DNA of 64,000 nt from an uncultured Bacteroidales bacterium (lineage in GTDB: Bacteria; Bacteroidota; Bacteroidia; Bacteroidales; VadinHA17): positions 24,143 to 88,142 of the forward strand of contig CAVSZL010000018.1 in NCBI GenBank assembly GCA_963732435.1, in the 5' to 3' direction. Position 1 is the first letter of the stretch. Each line of letters begins with the position of its first letter. The translations under genes were made by a program, and so were the position numbers. Of this stretch, positions 28,439-37,501 are shown one piece after another. The notes beneath the pieces were generated by a model, which did no database searches, was not told where the DNA came from, and was given only the letters and a program-made list of their open reading frames with translations.

Positions 28439-30823
28439 ATGAAAACTATGAAAAGAACAGGCATTTATTTTAACGCGTTTGCCCTATTAACCATAGTAGG
28501 CTGTAATGAATCGAACCAGACTTTGGAAACAAAGTCATTGGGCTCAGACGGATTGGATCGCACTGTGCTTCCCATCAAAGAGCCAATTTATCCGGCAATC
28601 ACGGAGTTGGATGCCCGCAACGCAACAGCTCCCTCCCGATTTGAGGTGAAAGCGCCCGAAAAAGCGCCAAATGTTGTGGTTGTGCTAATTGACGACATTG
28701 GCTTTGGTCATTCCAGTGCATTTGGCGGTCCTATCAACATGCCCACCCTGGAGAAGCTTGCTGCCAATGGATTGAAATATAACCGGTTTCACACCACTGC
28801 ATTGAGCTCGCCAACCCGTACAGCGTTGCTCACGGGTTATAATCATCATTCCAATAATGCCGGGGCAATCATGGAAATAGGAACGGCCTTTCCGGGTAAC
28901 ACCGGAATTCGTCCGCAATCCATAACTCCCGTTGCTGAGGTGTTGAGATTAAACGGATACAGCACTGCTGCTTTTGGAAAATATCATGAAACTCCACCCT
29001 GGGAGGCTTCAGTATCCGGTCCGTATGACCGCTGGCCAACAGGTTCAGGCTTCGATAAATTTTATGGATTCATTGGTGGAGAAACCAATCAATGGCACCC
29101 TATGATATACGATGGAACCACCCGTGTATATCCTGATGTTGACGATCCAAACTATCACTTTACTAATGACATGACCGATCAGGCACTGGCATGGATGAAT
29201 ACCCAGCAGTCGCTCACACCCGATAAGCCTTTCTATATTTATTTTGCTACGGGTGCAACCCATGCTCCGCATCATGCTCCAAAGGAATATACTGATAAGT
29301 ACAGGGGGAAATTTTCTCAGGGCTGGGATAAAGTACGTGAAGAGACACTGGAAAGACAAAAAGCACTGGGTGTAGTCCCTCCAAATACGGTTCTGGCTCC
29401 CAAACCTGCCGACATCAAAGACTGGGACAAACTCACTTCCGATGAGAAAAAAGTGTTTGAAAGACAGATGGAAATATTCGCAGGTTTTGCCGAACACACA
29501 GATGATCAGGTAGGACGATTGATTGATGCCCTGGAAGCGCGTGGTGAATTAGACAATACTCTGATTTTCTACATTGTTGGCGATAATGGCTCCAGTGCAG
29601 AAGGTGGCATGCAGGGACTCTATAATGAGAATACATTTTTTAACGGTGTACCTGAAACCCTGGAGATGCAGCTGGCTAAGCTTAATGAGTTGGGAACTGA
29701 ACATACCTATAATCATTTTGCGGCAGGATGGGCCATTGCAGGCAATACTCCTTTCACCTGGGCAAAGCAGATTGCTTCCAATTTTGGAGGAACGCGCAAT
29801 GGTATGGTGACCCATTGGCCCGCAGGTCTCAAGTCAAAAGGAGAGGTACGCTCACAATTTCATCATGTAATTGATGTTGCGCCTACCATTTATGAGGCTG
29901 TGGGAGTACCCGCACCGAGAATGGTGAATGGTATTGAGCAGCGACCTATTGAAGGGGTAAGCATGGTTTATTCTTTCGACAATGCAGCAGCACCCGACAT
30001 GCGCAAAACACAATACTTTGAAATGACAGGCAACAGAGCAATTTATGACGATGGCTGGTTTGCGGCTACCATTCATCGTGCGCCCTGGGAAACACAACCG
30101 AGACGTGCATTATCAGATGATATTTGGGAGCTCTACAACATCAACGAAGATTTCAGCCTTGCCAGTAATCTTGCCGATAAAAATCCGGAGAAGCTGGAAG
30201 CGATGAAAAAGAAATTCATGGAAGAGGCTGTGAAATATAATGTACTGCCGATAGACGATCGCAGCATTGAACGCTTTGATCCGGCTATTGCAGGCCGCCC
30301 TGACCTTATGAACGGAAGGACCAAACTTACGTTGTATGAAGGAGCAACGGGTATTCCTGAAAATGCCTTTATCAATGTAAAAAATACTTCCCTCACCATT
30401 ACGGCAGATGTGGAGGTCCCGGTAAATGCCAGCGGAGTTATTGTATGTCAGGGTGGTGACTTTGGCGGGTGGACATTGTATATGACAGACGGAAAACCTG
30501 CTTATACGTACAATTGGGTGGGCCTTGAAAGTTATACAATATCTTCCACTCAGAAAGTTTCTCCCGGAAAACACACCATCACCTTTGATTTTGCATACGA
30601 AGGTGGACGCGGAGCCGGAGGTACCGGAATGCTTTCGCTGGATGGAAATAAAATCGGTGAAGGAAAAATTGCAAATACCAACGCGAACACATTTGGTATT
30701 GATGAGTCTGCCGATATAGGAACGGATGAAAACACTCCTGTAAACCCGGCCTATGCAAAAAAAGAAGATTTCACGGGTAAAATTCATTCTGTGACCATAG
30801 AAACAAAACCTGCAGGCAATTGA
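28439..30823 (+). CDS. Arylsulfatase (family S1), Ser-type, lipoprotein
   Basis: PNVVVVLIDD; TALSSPTRTALLTG (S-x-P-x-R); GYSTAAFGKYH; GDNG; lipobox IVGC. Confidence 0.93.
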   Translation: MKTMKRTGIYFNAFALLTIVGCNESNQTLETKSLGSDGLDRTVLPIKEPIYPAITELDARNATAPSRFEVKAPEKAPNVVVVLIDDIGFGHSSAFGGPINMPTLEKLAANGLKYNRFHTTALSSPTRTALLTGYNHHSNNAGAIMEIGTAFPGNTGIRPQSITPVAEVLRLNGYSTAAFGKYHETPPWEASVSGPYDRWPTGSGFDKFYGFIGGETNQWHPMIYDGTTRVYPDVDDPNYHFTNDMTDQALAWMNTQQSLTPDKPFYIYFATGATHAPHHAPKEYTDKYRGKFSQGWDKVREETLERQKALGVVPPNTVLAPKPADIKDWDKLTSDEKKVFERQMEIFAGFAEHTDDQVGRLIDALEARGELDNTLIFYIVGDNGSSAEGGMQGLYNENTFFNGVPETLEMQLAKLNELGTEHTYNHFAAGWAIAGNTPFTWAKQIASNFGGTRNGMVTHWPAGLKSKGEVRSQFHHVIDVAPTIYEAVGVPAPRMVNGIEQRPIEGVSMVYSFDNAAAPDMRKTQYFEMTGNRAIYDDGWFAATIHRAPWETQPRRALSDDIWELYNINEDFSLASNLADKNPEKLEAMKKKFMEEAVKYNVLPIDDRSIERFDPAIAGRPDLMNGRTKLTLYEGATGIPENAFINVKNTSLTITADVEVPVNASGVIVCQGGDFGGWTLYMTDGKPAYTYNWVGLESYTISSTQKVSPGKHTITFDFAYEGGRGAGGTGMLSLDGNKIGEGKIANTNANTFGIDESADIGTDENTPVNPAYAKKEDFTGKIHSVTIETKPAGN

Positions 30824-30861
30824 TGCTTGAAAAGCTTATGAATTAATTTATAAGCTGTAAC

Positions 30862-30937
30862 TGGCTGCAAAAATGGGGATTGTGGAAAAAGTCGATTTTG
30901 ACTTTTTCCACACCTCCACATGCGGTTGGTGGTCATT
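30862..30937 (+). repeat. attC-like / hairpin element
   Basis: Perfect 13-bp stem TGTGGAAAAAGTC-N6-GACTTTTTCCACA (30881-30912) followed by CGGTTGGTGGTCATT. Confidence 0.55.
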
Positions 30938-30976
30938 GTAAACAGACAACCCAATCAACAACATTTCATATAAGAA

Positions 30977-31546
30977 ATGAAAAATTTAATTAAGCGAAAT
31001 TTAAGCGGAAAGAAAATCCTGATTCTGTTTATCCTGACAAGCATCGTGTATGCAGTTATGCTGACAATAACAATTCCTAAGGTTATGAACTTTGCAGGCG
31101 GAATGAAATTGTTAGATATGTTACCAACTGGCTACACTGCTGATTACGTAAATTCCCTTTTAAATGCCCTGGGTTCAGACGGCAGAAATGCATATTTGTT
31201 TCAACAAATCCCGTTAGACTTAATTTATCCTGGTTTGTTCGGAGTGACTTATTGTTTGATTTTTGCATTTATCATAAAGAAACTTGGCAAAGAAGACAGC
31301 TTTTTATTCTATCTCTGTTTTATACCTGTTTTTGCGGGCATCTTTGACTATTTGGAAAACATCGGAATAATTACAATTCTGAAAAGTTATCCCGACAATT
31401 CTGCAACACTTTCGCAAGTCACAAATGTGTTTTCAATTTCCAAAAGCTTATTGACGACAATATATTTTATTATTCTACTATTCGCATTATTGGCCCTCCT
31501 GACAAAATACATAGCAACGAAAAACAGGAAAACAACAAACCGCTGA
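30977..31546 (+). CDS. Hypothetical membrane protein
   Basis: Four hydrophobic segments; LDM...GY, DYLEN motifs; stop TGA lies in the left core of the next repeat. Confidence 0.8.
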   Translation: MKNLIKRNLSGKKILILFILTSIVYAVMLTITIPKVMNFAGGMKLLDMLPTGYTADYVNSLLNALGSDGRNAYLFQQIPLDLIYPGLFGVTYCLIFAFIIKKLGKEDSFLFYLCFIPVFAGIFDYLENIGIITILKSYPDNSATLSQVTNVFSISKSLLTTIYFIILLFALLALLTKYIATKNRKTTNR

Positions 31547-31673
31547 CAAAATGTTTGCGCAATGGTGTGGTGACGTGTAGGTTCATAGTGTTATTTTCCT
31601 TCAACGATTGGTCACATGGGACAAATACGTTTTCAAAAGCCCGCCACTGCTCAAAAACAACGTTTTGTGGTAT
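31538..31673 (+). repeat. attC-like element overlapping the upstream stop codon
   Basis: AACCGCTGACAAAATGTTTGCGCAATGGTG ... CCCGCCACTGCTCAAAAACAACGTTTTGTGGT; the two ends are imperfectly complementary. Confidence 0.7.
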
Positions 31674-31688
31674 AAAAAAAGAAACGAC

Positions 31689-32015
31689 ATGATAGCAGAA
31701 ACTCCAAAACCTCCATATTATGCTGTGATTTTTAGTTCAACAAGAACCACAGGTGACAATGGCTATTCTGAAATGGCTGATAAAATGGTAGAATTAGCAA
31801 AACAACAGGAGGGATTTCTTGGAGTTGAAAGTGCGAGAAATGAAATCGGAATTACAGTTTCATACTGGAAAGATCTGAATTCAATAAGGCAATGGAGGGA
31901 AAATACTGAACATTCTATTGCCAGGGAAAGAGGTCGGAAGGAATGGTATAAGAATTTTAAAACCAGAATTGCAAAAGTTGAACGGGATTACGAATTTGAT
32001 AAGGAGATTGACTGA
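31689..32015 (+). CDS. Antibiotic biosynthesis monooxygenase (ABM) family protein
   Basis: PPYYAVIFSS...GFLGVESAR...ITVSYW...W....H..A...G...WY. Start moved to MIAETP (the upstream extension lies in the repeat). Confidence 0.88.
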   Translation: MIAETPKPPYYAVIFSSTRTTGDNGYSEMADKMVELAKQQEGFLGVESARNEIGITVSYWKDLNSIRQWRENTEHSIARERGRKEWYKNFKTRIAKVERDYEFDKEID

Positions 32016-32225
32016 AAATGAATTAAATGACCTGAATATGGAACTCAAAAAAATAAATCAGTCTTTTGGTCGTGATTGAAGATCCTGCCAGATAGCAACA
32101 AGGAACCGTCCCGACAGCAATCAGGAGTTAAGATATATAGACCGCTTCAACTTTCGTGTAAATTGACAGGAAAGTGCACGCAGTAGGCTACAATTCTTTT
32201 ATTAACCGCTGACTGTAATGAAGAA

Positions 32226-33173
32226 ATGAACGAAAAACAAATCATAGAATGGTTACTTAAAGGTGATGTTTCAATACAGTACCAGGGTTACCGTGATTTG
32301 CTTGGAACTGACAGAAAAGATTTACAAAACACAATTTCCAATGAAGGTTGGGGAAAACAATTCTTATCCAGAAGAAAATCAAATGGACATTGGGGAGATA
32401 AGTTTTATCAGCCCAAGTGGATTTCAACCCATTATACGCTTCTCGACCTTCGCAATTTAAATCTGAGCCCAAACAACAAACTTGTAAAAGAAACAATTGA
32501 TCAGGTTTTGATTACTTCAAAAGCTGAAGATGGGGGAATTCAACTGGGACCATCAACAACTAACCATAGTGATGTTTGTGTAAATGGAATGTTTCTAAAC
32601 TATGCATCTTATTTCAGGACACCTGAAAAGGAATTGCACTCGATTGTTGATAGTCTCCTTAATGAAATAATGCCTGATGGCGGATTCAATTGCAGAACGA
32701 TAAGAAGCGGAGCAAAACATAGTTCACTGCATACCACACTCTCGGTACTTGAAGGACTTCACGAGTTCAAAAAGTCGGGATACAAATATCGGTTAAATGA
32801 TATTTCAGGAGCCATAGAAAGTGCAGAAGAGTTTATTCTGATTCACCGATTTTTCCTCTCCGACAGAACAGGTGCAATCATTCGTAAGGAGTTTTTAAAT
32901 CTAACGTTTCCGGGTCGGTGGAAATATGATATCCTTAGAGCACTTGATTATTTTCAATTTGTTAATAGTAAATGGGATGATAGAATGAATGAGGCGATTG
33001 CCGTAATTCTTAAAAAAAGAAATAAAAACGGAACCTGGAATATGCAGGCAGCACATCCCGGCGAGTTGCACTTTGTAATGGAAATGGCAGGTAAACCAGG
33101 CAGATGGAATACCTTGAGAGCTTTACGGATATTGAAACATTTTAAAAAGATAAATAACTACAGACAGCAATAG
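32226..33173 (+). CDS. Prenyltransferase/squalene-oxidase-repeat-like hypothetical protein
   Basis: WLL.GD.SIQY, YQPKWISTHYTLLDL, DVCVNGM, DGGFNC, RWKYDILRALDY, RWNTLRALRIL. Confidence 0.7.
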   Translation: MNEKQIIEWLLKGDVSIQYQGYRDLLGTDRKDLQNTISNEGWGKQFLSRRKSNGHWGDKFYQPKWISTHYTLLDLRNLNLSPNNKLVKETIDQVLITSKAEDGGIQLGPSTTNHSDVCVNGMFLNYASYFRTPEKELHSIVDSLLNEIMPDGGFNCRTIRSGAKHSSLHTTLSVLEGLHEFKKSGYKYRLNDISGAIESAEEFILIHRFFLSDRTGAIIRKEFLNLTFPGRWKYDILRALDYFQFVNSKWDDRMNEAIAVILKKRNKNGTWNMQAAHPGELHFVMEMAGKPGRWNTLRALRILKHFKKINNYRQQ

Positions 33174-33219
33174 ATTTAGTGCATTAAAACGCACCATAGC
33201 CAGACCGTTGTGTACAATT
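33158..33219 (+). repeat. Short attC-like element overlapping the upstream stop
   Basis: ...CAGACAGCAATAGATTTAGTGC-ATTAAAAC-GCACCATAGCCAGACCGTTGTGTACAATT. Confidence 0.65.
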
Positions 33220-33229
33220 AAATTGAGAA

Positions 33230-33736
33230 GTGGTGAATTTGGAAGAAGTAATTCAGGCAACCTGGGAAAAGGTTAAAAACATAGATGACAAAGGGCTTTT
33301 GGCATCTTATATTCCTGAGTTGGTTAACGTTGATTCAGAAAGTTTTGGAGTACATATATCAACAATTGACCACACAAATTTTGGTATTGGTAATTACAGG
33401 GAAAGATTTTCGGTTCAGAGTATTGCAAAAGTACTTTCACTAAGCCTGGCATATAGTTTGCTTGGCGAGAATATCTGGACAAGAGTTGGAGTAGAACCGT
33501 CCGGAACATCATTTAATTCTCTGGTTCAGCTTGAAGCAGATAAAGGCATACCCCGGAATCCCTTTATAAATGCCGGAGCAATGGTTATTTCAGACATTCT
33601 GCTTAGCAATCTGGAAAACCCAAAAGAAGAATTTTTATCATTTATCAGAAACATATCCAATAATCCGGAATTAAATTATTCAGGTAAAATAGCTGCCTCA
33701 GAAAAAAGCGTGGGATTTCGAAATGTGGCATGCTAA
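33230..33736 (+). pseudogene. glsA: Glutaminase, 3'-truncated
   Basis: ASYIPEL, FSVQSIAKV (S-x-x-K), VGVEPSG..FN, PRNPFINAGA; stops at 168 aa, about half a typical ~300-aa glutaminase. Confidence 0.85.
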
Positions 33737-33825
33737 AAAACCCACTTCGCAGATATATTTCCCTGTTGACACAGGGTTGACACTTTGATAAAATAAATTT
33801 GATAAATTATTTAAAACATAAAGCA

Positions 33826-34305
33826 ATGACTAAGCCAATCTTTATTTCGATTATTTTCCTTCTTTCATTTGGATTTATTAACCAATCAGAAGGTCAAACT
33901 CTTTCTGCAAGTCAATCAGGATTAATACAAAGTCAGGTAGACTCAATATTTCAAAAAATGTTACTCCTTGCCGAAAATCTTGAATTTGATAAATTAAGCT
34001 CAGGTGTTAATGATATACATGCAGCAGGATTCATTTCAAATGGCAAATATTATGCTTCTTATTCTGCTTTGATTGATGATGTGAAATCATTTGCACAGGG
34101 AATAAACAAGCAAAATATTTCTATAAAAGAAAAAAGAATTACCGTTTTATCCGATAAAATAGTTCTTTTGACAGCTTCAGGAACCTCAAAAGCTATTATA
34201 AATGATGGAAGAGAATTGTCGGTTGATTTTCATTGGTCCTTTATATATGAAAAAATTGATAATAGTTGGAAAGTTATATACTCCCATCAATCAACTACAA
34301 GGTAA
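33826..34305 (+). CDS. Exported NTF2-like (SnoaL/DUF4440) protein
   Basis: Signal peptide; C-terminal W.FIYEKIDNSWKVIYSHQS; start moved to MTKP. Confidence 0.8.
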   Translation: MTKPIFISIIFLLSFGFINQSEGQTLSASQSGLIQSQVDSIFQKMLLLAENLEFDKLSSGVNDIHAAGFISNGKYYASYSALIDDVKSFAQGINKQNISIKEKRITVLSDKIVLLTASGTSKAIINDGRELSVDFHWSFIYEKIDNSWKVIYSHQSTTR

Positions 34306-34372
34306 TCAGTTATTGGACACTCAATGAAATAGAAAATTGAATTAAAACATAAAAATAAAAGAAGGAAATTCC

Positions 34373-34870
34373 ATGCAGAAAAAGTCTTTAGTGGTAATTG
34401 ACATTCAGAATGACATTACCAAAAACTACAAAGAAATCATTGACAATGTTAATCGGTCAATAGATTGGGCAGTGGAAAATGAAATTCATGTCGTTTACAT
34501 AAGGCATTATAACTTATCTGACGGCACAAGGACTTTCAAACCTGATACTCGTGGGTCTGAATTAGTTTCGGACATGAAATTGGTTTCCAAAAACATTTTT
34601 GAAAAATCCAAAGGCAACGCATTGACCAGCGAAGATTTTGCTGACTTTATCAGGAAAAATGAAATAAGCGAATTTTATATTACAGGAGCAGACGCCATTG
34701 CCTGCGTGAAATCAACCGTATTTAATATGTGCAAGGAAAACTACAAAGTTACAGTCTTATCAGATTGTATTACGAGTTATGATAAAAGGAAAATTGACGA
34801 AATGCTGAATTATTACGAAAAAAATGGCAGTAAAATAATTAATTTGAATGACTTGTTACATTCTAAATAA
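34373..34870 (+). CDS. Cysteine hydrolase / isochorismatase family
   Basis: LVVIDIQND, FEKSKGNA, ITGADAIACVKST. Confidence 0.9.
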   Translation: MQKKSLVVIDIQNDITKNYKEIIDNVNRSIDWAVENEIHVVYIRHYNLSDGTRTFKPDTRGSELVSDMKLVSKNIFEKSKGNALTSEDFADFIRKNEISEFYITGADAIACVKSTVFNMCKENYKVTVLSDCITSYDKRKIDEMLNYYEKNGSKIINLNDLLHSK

Positions 34871-34968
34871 AAATGCCAGCGGCTGGCAAGCGGTATAGCC
34901 AATAAGGGTTTAGCTTCGCTGAGCTCGTCCTTCGTCCTCGGTTGCCTTCGGCGAGCTCATGTCGAAGC
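34871..34968 (+). repeat. attC-like left end followed by a REP-like hairpin
   Basis: AAATGCCAGCGGCTGGCAAGCGGTATAG then GCTTCG..GAGCTC...GAGCTC..CGAAGC palindrome (34913-34968). Confidence 0.55.
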
Positions 34969-35001
34969 CAGCGGGAACAATCCTTTGACTAGATTTACAA
35001 G

Positions 35002-36159
35002 ATGAAACTTACACGTTTATTTAACGAATTTTTTACCAGCGAGAAAGCCGGAGGATTTATCCTAATTTTCGCGACTATATTATCGCTAGGACTTGCAAAC
35101 TCACCCCTGCAGACTGATTTTATTAAGTTTTGGCATTTCGATCTTGGAGGACAAAGTATTGTTCACTGGATCAACGATGGACTCATGGCAATATTCTTTC
35201 TTCTTATTTGTTTGGAGTTAGAACGTGAAATTTATATTGGTGAGTTATCAAACATTAAAAATGCATCACTACCAATATTTTGTGCATTTGGTGGTATGCT
35301 AGTACCCGCCGGAATATTTTTATTATTTAACTATGGTACGGATACTCAAGCGGGAGCAGGTATCCCGATGGCAACAGACATTGCATTTGCCATTGGCATC
35401 TTATCTCTCCTCGGTAATCGTGTCCCTTCTTCATTAAAAATATTTTTAATTGCCTTGTCAATTATTGATGATTTGGGGGCAATACTAGTTATCGCAATTT
35501 TTTATTCATCTACATTGTCATTTCTAAACCTATTCATTGCCCTTGGTATTTTTGGAATCCTGCTTATTCTGAACAGACTTAAAGTTCACAATTTGATTCC
35601 TTATTTAATTGGTGGTGTAGTAATGTGGTATTTTATGCAACATTCAGGTATTCACGCTACTACAACCGGAGTATTGCTGGCTTTCGCAGTTCCATTTAGT
35701 GATGGGAGCGAAAAATCGCCCTCATTTATTCTTCAACATCTATTACACAAACCTGTTGCATTCTTTATCCTGCCACTGTTTGCCCTCGCTAATACATGCA
35801 TACCCATTGACAATAATTTACATAGTATTATGACTCAAACATATAGTTTGGGAATTATTATTGGTCTGGTTCTTGGAAAACCCCTGGGAATTTGGCTCTT
35901 CTCATTTATTGCAGTCGGTTTGGGAATATCTGTATTACCTCCTGATTTAAAATGGAAAAACATAATCGGGACTGGAATATTAGGAGGAATCGGATTCACA
36001 ATGTCAATCTTTATTACACTACTTGCATTTGACGATCCAACAATTGTAAATTATTCAAAAATTGCTATCCTTCTTGCTTCTCTTATTGCTGGTACAGTTG
36101 GATTTATATGGCTAAAACTGACACTAAAGCCAGAAATAAGAGATGACGAATTACCTTGA
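35002..36159 (+). CDS. nhaA: Na+/H+ antiporter NhaA
   Basis: WINDGLMAIFF, IPMATDIAFA, SIIDDLGAI, SGIHAT, GIGFTMSIFI. Confidence 0.95.
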   Translation: MKLTRLFNEFFTSEKAGGFILIFATILSLGLANSPLQTDFIKFWHFDLGGQSIVHWINDGLMAIFFLLICLELEREIYIGELSNIKNASLPIFCAFGGMLVPAGIFLLFNYGTDTQAGAGIPMATDIAFAIGILSLLGNRVPSSLKIFLIALSIIDDLGAILVIAIFYSSTLSFLNLFIALGIFGILLILNRLKVHNLIPYLIGGVVMWYFMQHSGIHATTTGVLLAFAVPFSDGSEKSPSFILQHLLHKPVAFFILPLFALANTCIPIDNNLHSIMTQTYSLGIIIGLVLGKPLGIWLFSFIAVGLGISVLPPDLKWKNIIGTGILGGIGFTMSIFITLLAFDDPTIVNYSKIAILLASLIAGTVGFIWLKLTLKPEIRDDELP

Positions 36160-36213
36160 TAATAAAAAATGTCTGCCTGTAATGTATAAACGGTAATGCT
36201 TCCCTATTACATA

Positions 36214-36366
36214 ATGAGATATGGATTCTATGAAGGTCACACCGGATACCGAACTGATCCAATTTCAATATCATTCATTTTTGGACTTAAGAGTCTTGAA
36301 CAATTAGACAAAGACCTTGGAGGACAACTTTATAACGCCTTATTTAACCATTTCGTTTCACAATAA
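36214..36366 (+). CDS. Small ORF / gene remnant (50 aa)
   Basis: Not in the ORF track. MRYGFYEGHTGYRTDPISISFIFGLKSLEQLDKDLGGQLYNALFNHFVSQ*, lying between two attC-like ends. Confidence 0.4.
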   Translation: MRYGFYEGHTGYRTDPISISFIFGLKSLEQLDKDLGGQLYNALFNHFVSQ

Positions 36367-36385
36367 TACAAATAACAAAACTCAA

Positions 36386-36471
36386 CATAACACTGATGGT
36401 GCTATGAAAGACTTCCCGTCTTACGGGACAAGTAGTCCCGATTTATCGGAAGACTCCCGTTAGTCGCCATC
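36386..36471 (+). repeat. Composite attC-like repeat, copy 2 of 4
   Basis: CATAACACTGATGGTGCTATGAAAGACTTCCCGTCTTACGGGAC...TCCCGATTTATCGGAAGACTCCCGTTAGT. Confidence 0.85.
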
Positions 36472-36505
36472 TATCGTGCTCCCGAACAAATTAGTACAAC
36501 TCTAT

Positions 36506-37309
36506 ATGAATAAAAACTACCGGTTTCAAAATATCGTCCGATCGAGAATAGCAACCTTTGACATCTTTGATGTTGGTTTGCGCAAACATCATATAAATGC
36601 AATGCTTGAATTCGATGTCACAGAAAGCAGGGCAAAACTGCGAGACCTTAGAAAAAAAGGGACAGTTGTTTCATTTAATGCATGGCTTATCAAGGTTATC
36701 GGAAGTGTCCTGCAAAAACATCCGGAAGCAGCAGCATATTTCTACAACAAAAAAAGGCTCATAATCTTCAATGACATCAACGTTTCAATGATAGTAGAAA
36801 AGAAAATAGGAGATTCAAAAGTTCCGATCCCGCTCGTCATTGAAAGAACAAATGAAAAATCTGCTGAAGAAATAACTAAGGAAATAGAAAGTGCTAAAAG
36901 TCAGCAATTAAATCCTGATGACATTGTATTAAAAAAACAATCAAACACATATCAAAGATTTTATTACCACCTGCCGGGATTCCTCAGAAGACTTTTCTGG
37001 ATCTTACTGCTGAAAAATCCGAAAGCAGCTTACAAAACAATGGGGAATGTAGCAATAACTTCAATCGGGATGATTGGCAAAATTAATGGTTGGTTTATTC
37101 ACAAATCAGTTCATCCTGTTTCCTTTGGCATTGGATCCATCCTTAAAAAGCCTGTAGTCATTGACAATGAAATAAAGATCAGAGAGATTTTAAACATGAC
37201 CATTCTGGTTGACCATGATGTAATAGATGGTGCACAAATGGTTAGATTACTGGATGACCTGACAAACTACCTGGAAACCGGAAAAGATATAAATAACACG
37301 AATGCCTGA
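36506..37309 (+). CDS. Stand-alone 2-oxo-acid dehydrogenase E2 catalytic-domain protein
   Basis: SFNAWLIK, GNVAITSIG, DHDVIDGAQ (cf. DHRxxDG); no lipoyl domain; stop TGA inside the next repeat. Confidence 0.85.
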   Translation: MNKNYRFQNIVRSRIATFDIFDVGLRKHHINAMLEFDVTESRAKLRDLRKKGTVVSFNAWLIKVIGSVLQKHPEAAAYFYNKKRLIIFNDINVSMIVEKKIGDSKVPIPLVIERTNEKSAEEITKEIESAKSQQLNPDDIVLKKQSNTYQRFYYHLPGFLRRLFWILLLKNPKAAYKTMGNVAITSIGMIGKINGWFIHKSVHPVSFGIGSILKKPVVIDNEIKIREILNMTILVDHDVIDGAQMVRLLDDLTNYLETGKDINNTNA

Positions 37310-37409
37310 CACGGATGGTGCTATGAAAAACTCATCGTCTTATGGGACTACTTGTCCCGTGAAACGGGAAGTTGTTCCAATCTATCGGGAGACTCCCGTT
37401 AGAAATAAT
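37305..37409 (+). repeat. Composite attC-like repeat, copy 3 of 4
   Basis: GCCTGACACGGATGGTGCTATGAAAAACT...TCCCGTGAAACGGGA...TCCAATCTATCGGGAGACTCCCGTTAG. Confidence 0.85.
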
Positions 37410-37501
37410 TTATGCTGTTATCTGCCTGACAGATATTTTCTTACATTTCTTATCTTTATAGTACAAATTCAATTTACAGCTTCGATAATATTAATAGTAT
37501 T

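Noticed and set aside
30113-30787. 224-aa minus-strand ORF (and 29045-29497, 29549-29815)
   Set aside because: Antisense shadows of the sulfatase gene; fewer stops are expected in this GC-richer stretch; no protein-like motifs.
31608-31688. N-terminal extension of the ABM gene in the ORF track
   Set aside because: Lies within the attC-like element; family similarity starts at 31689.
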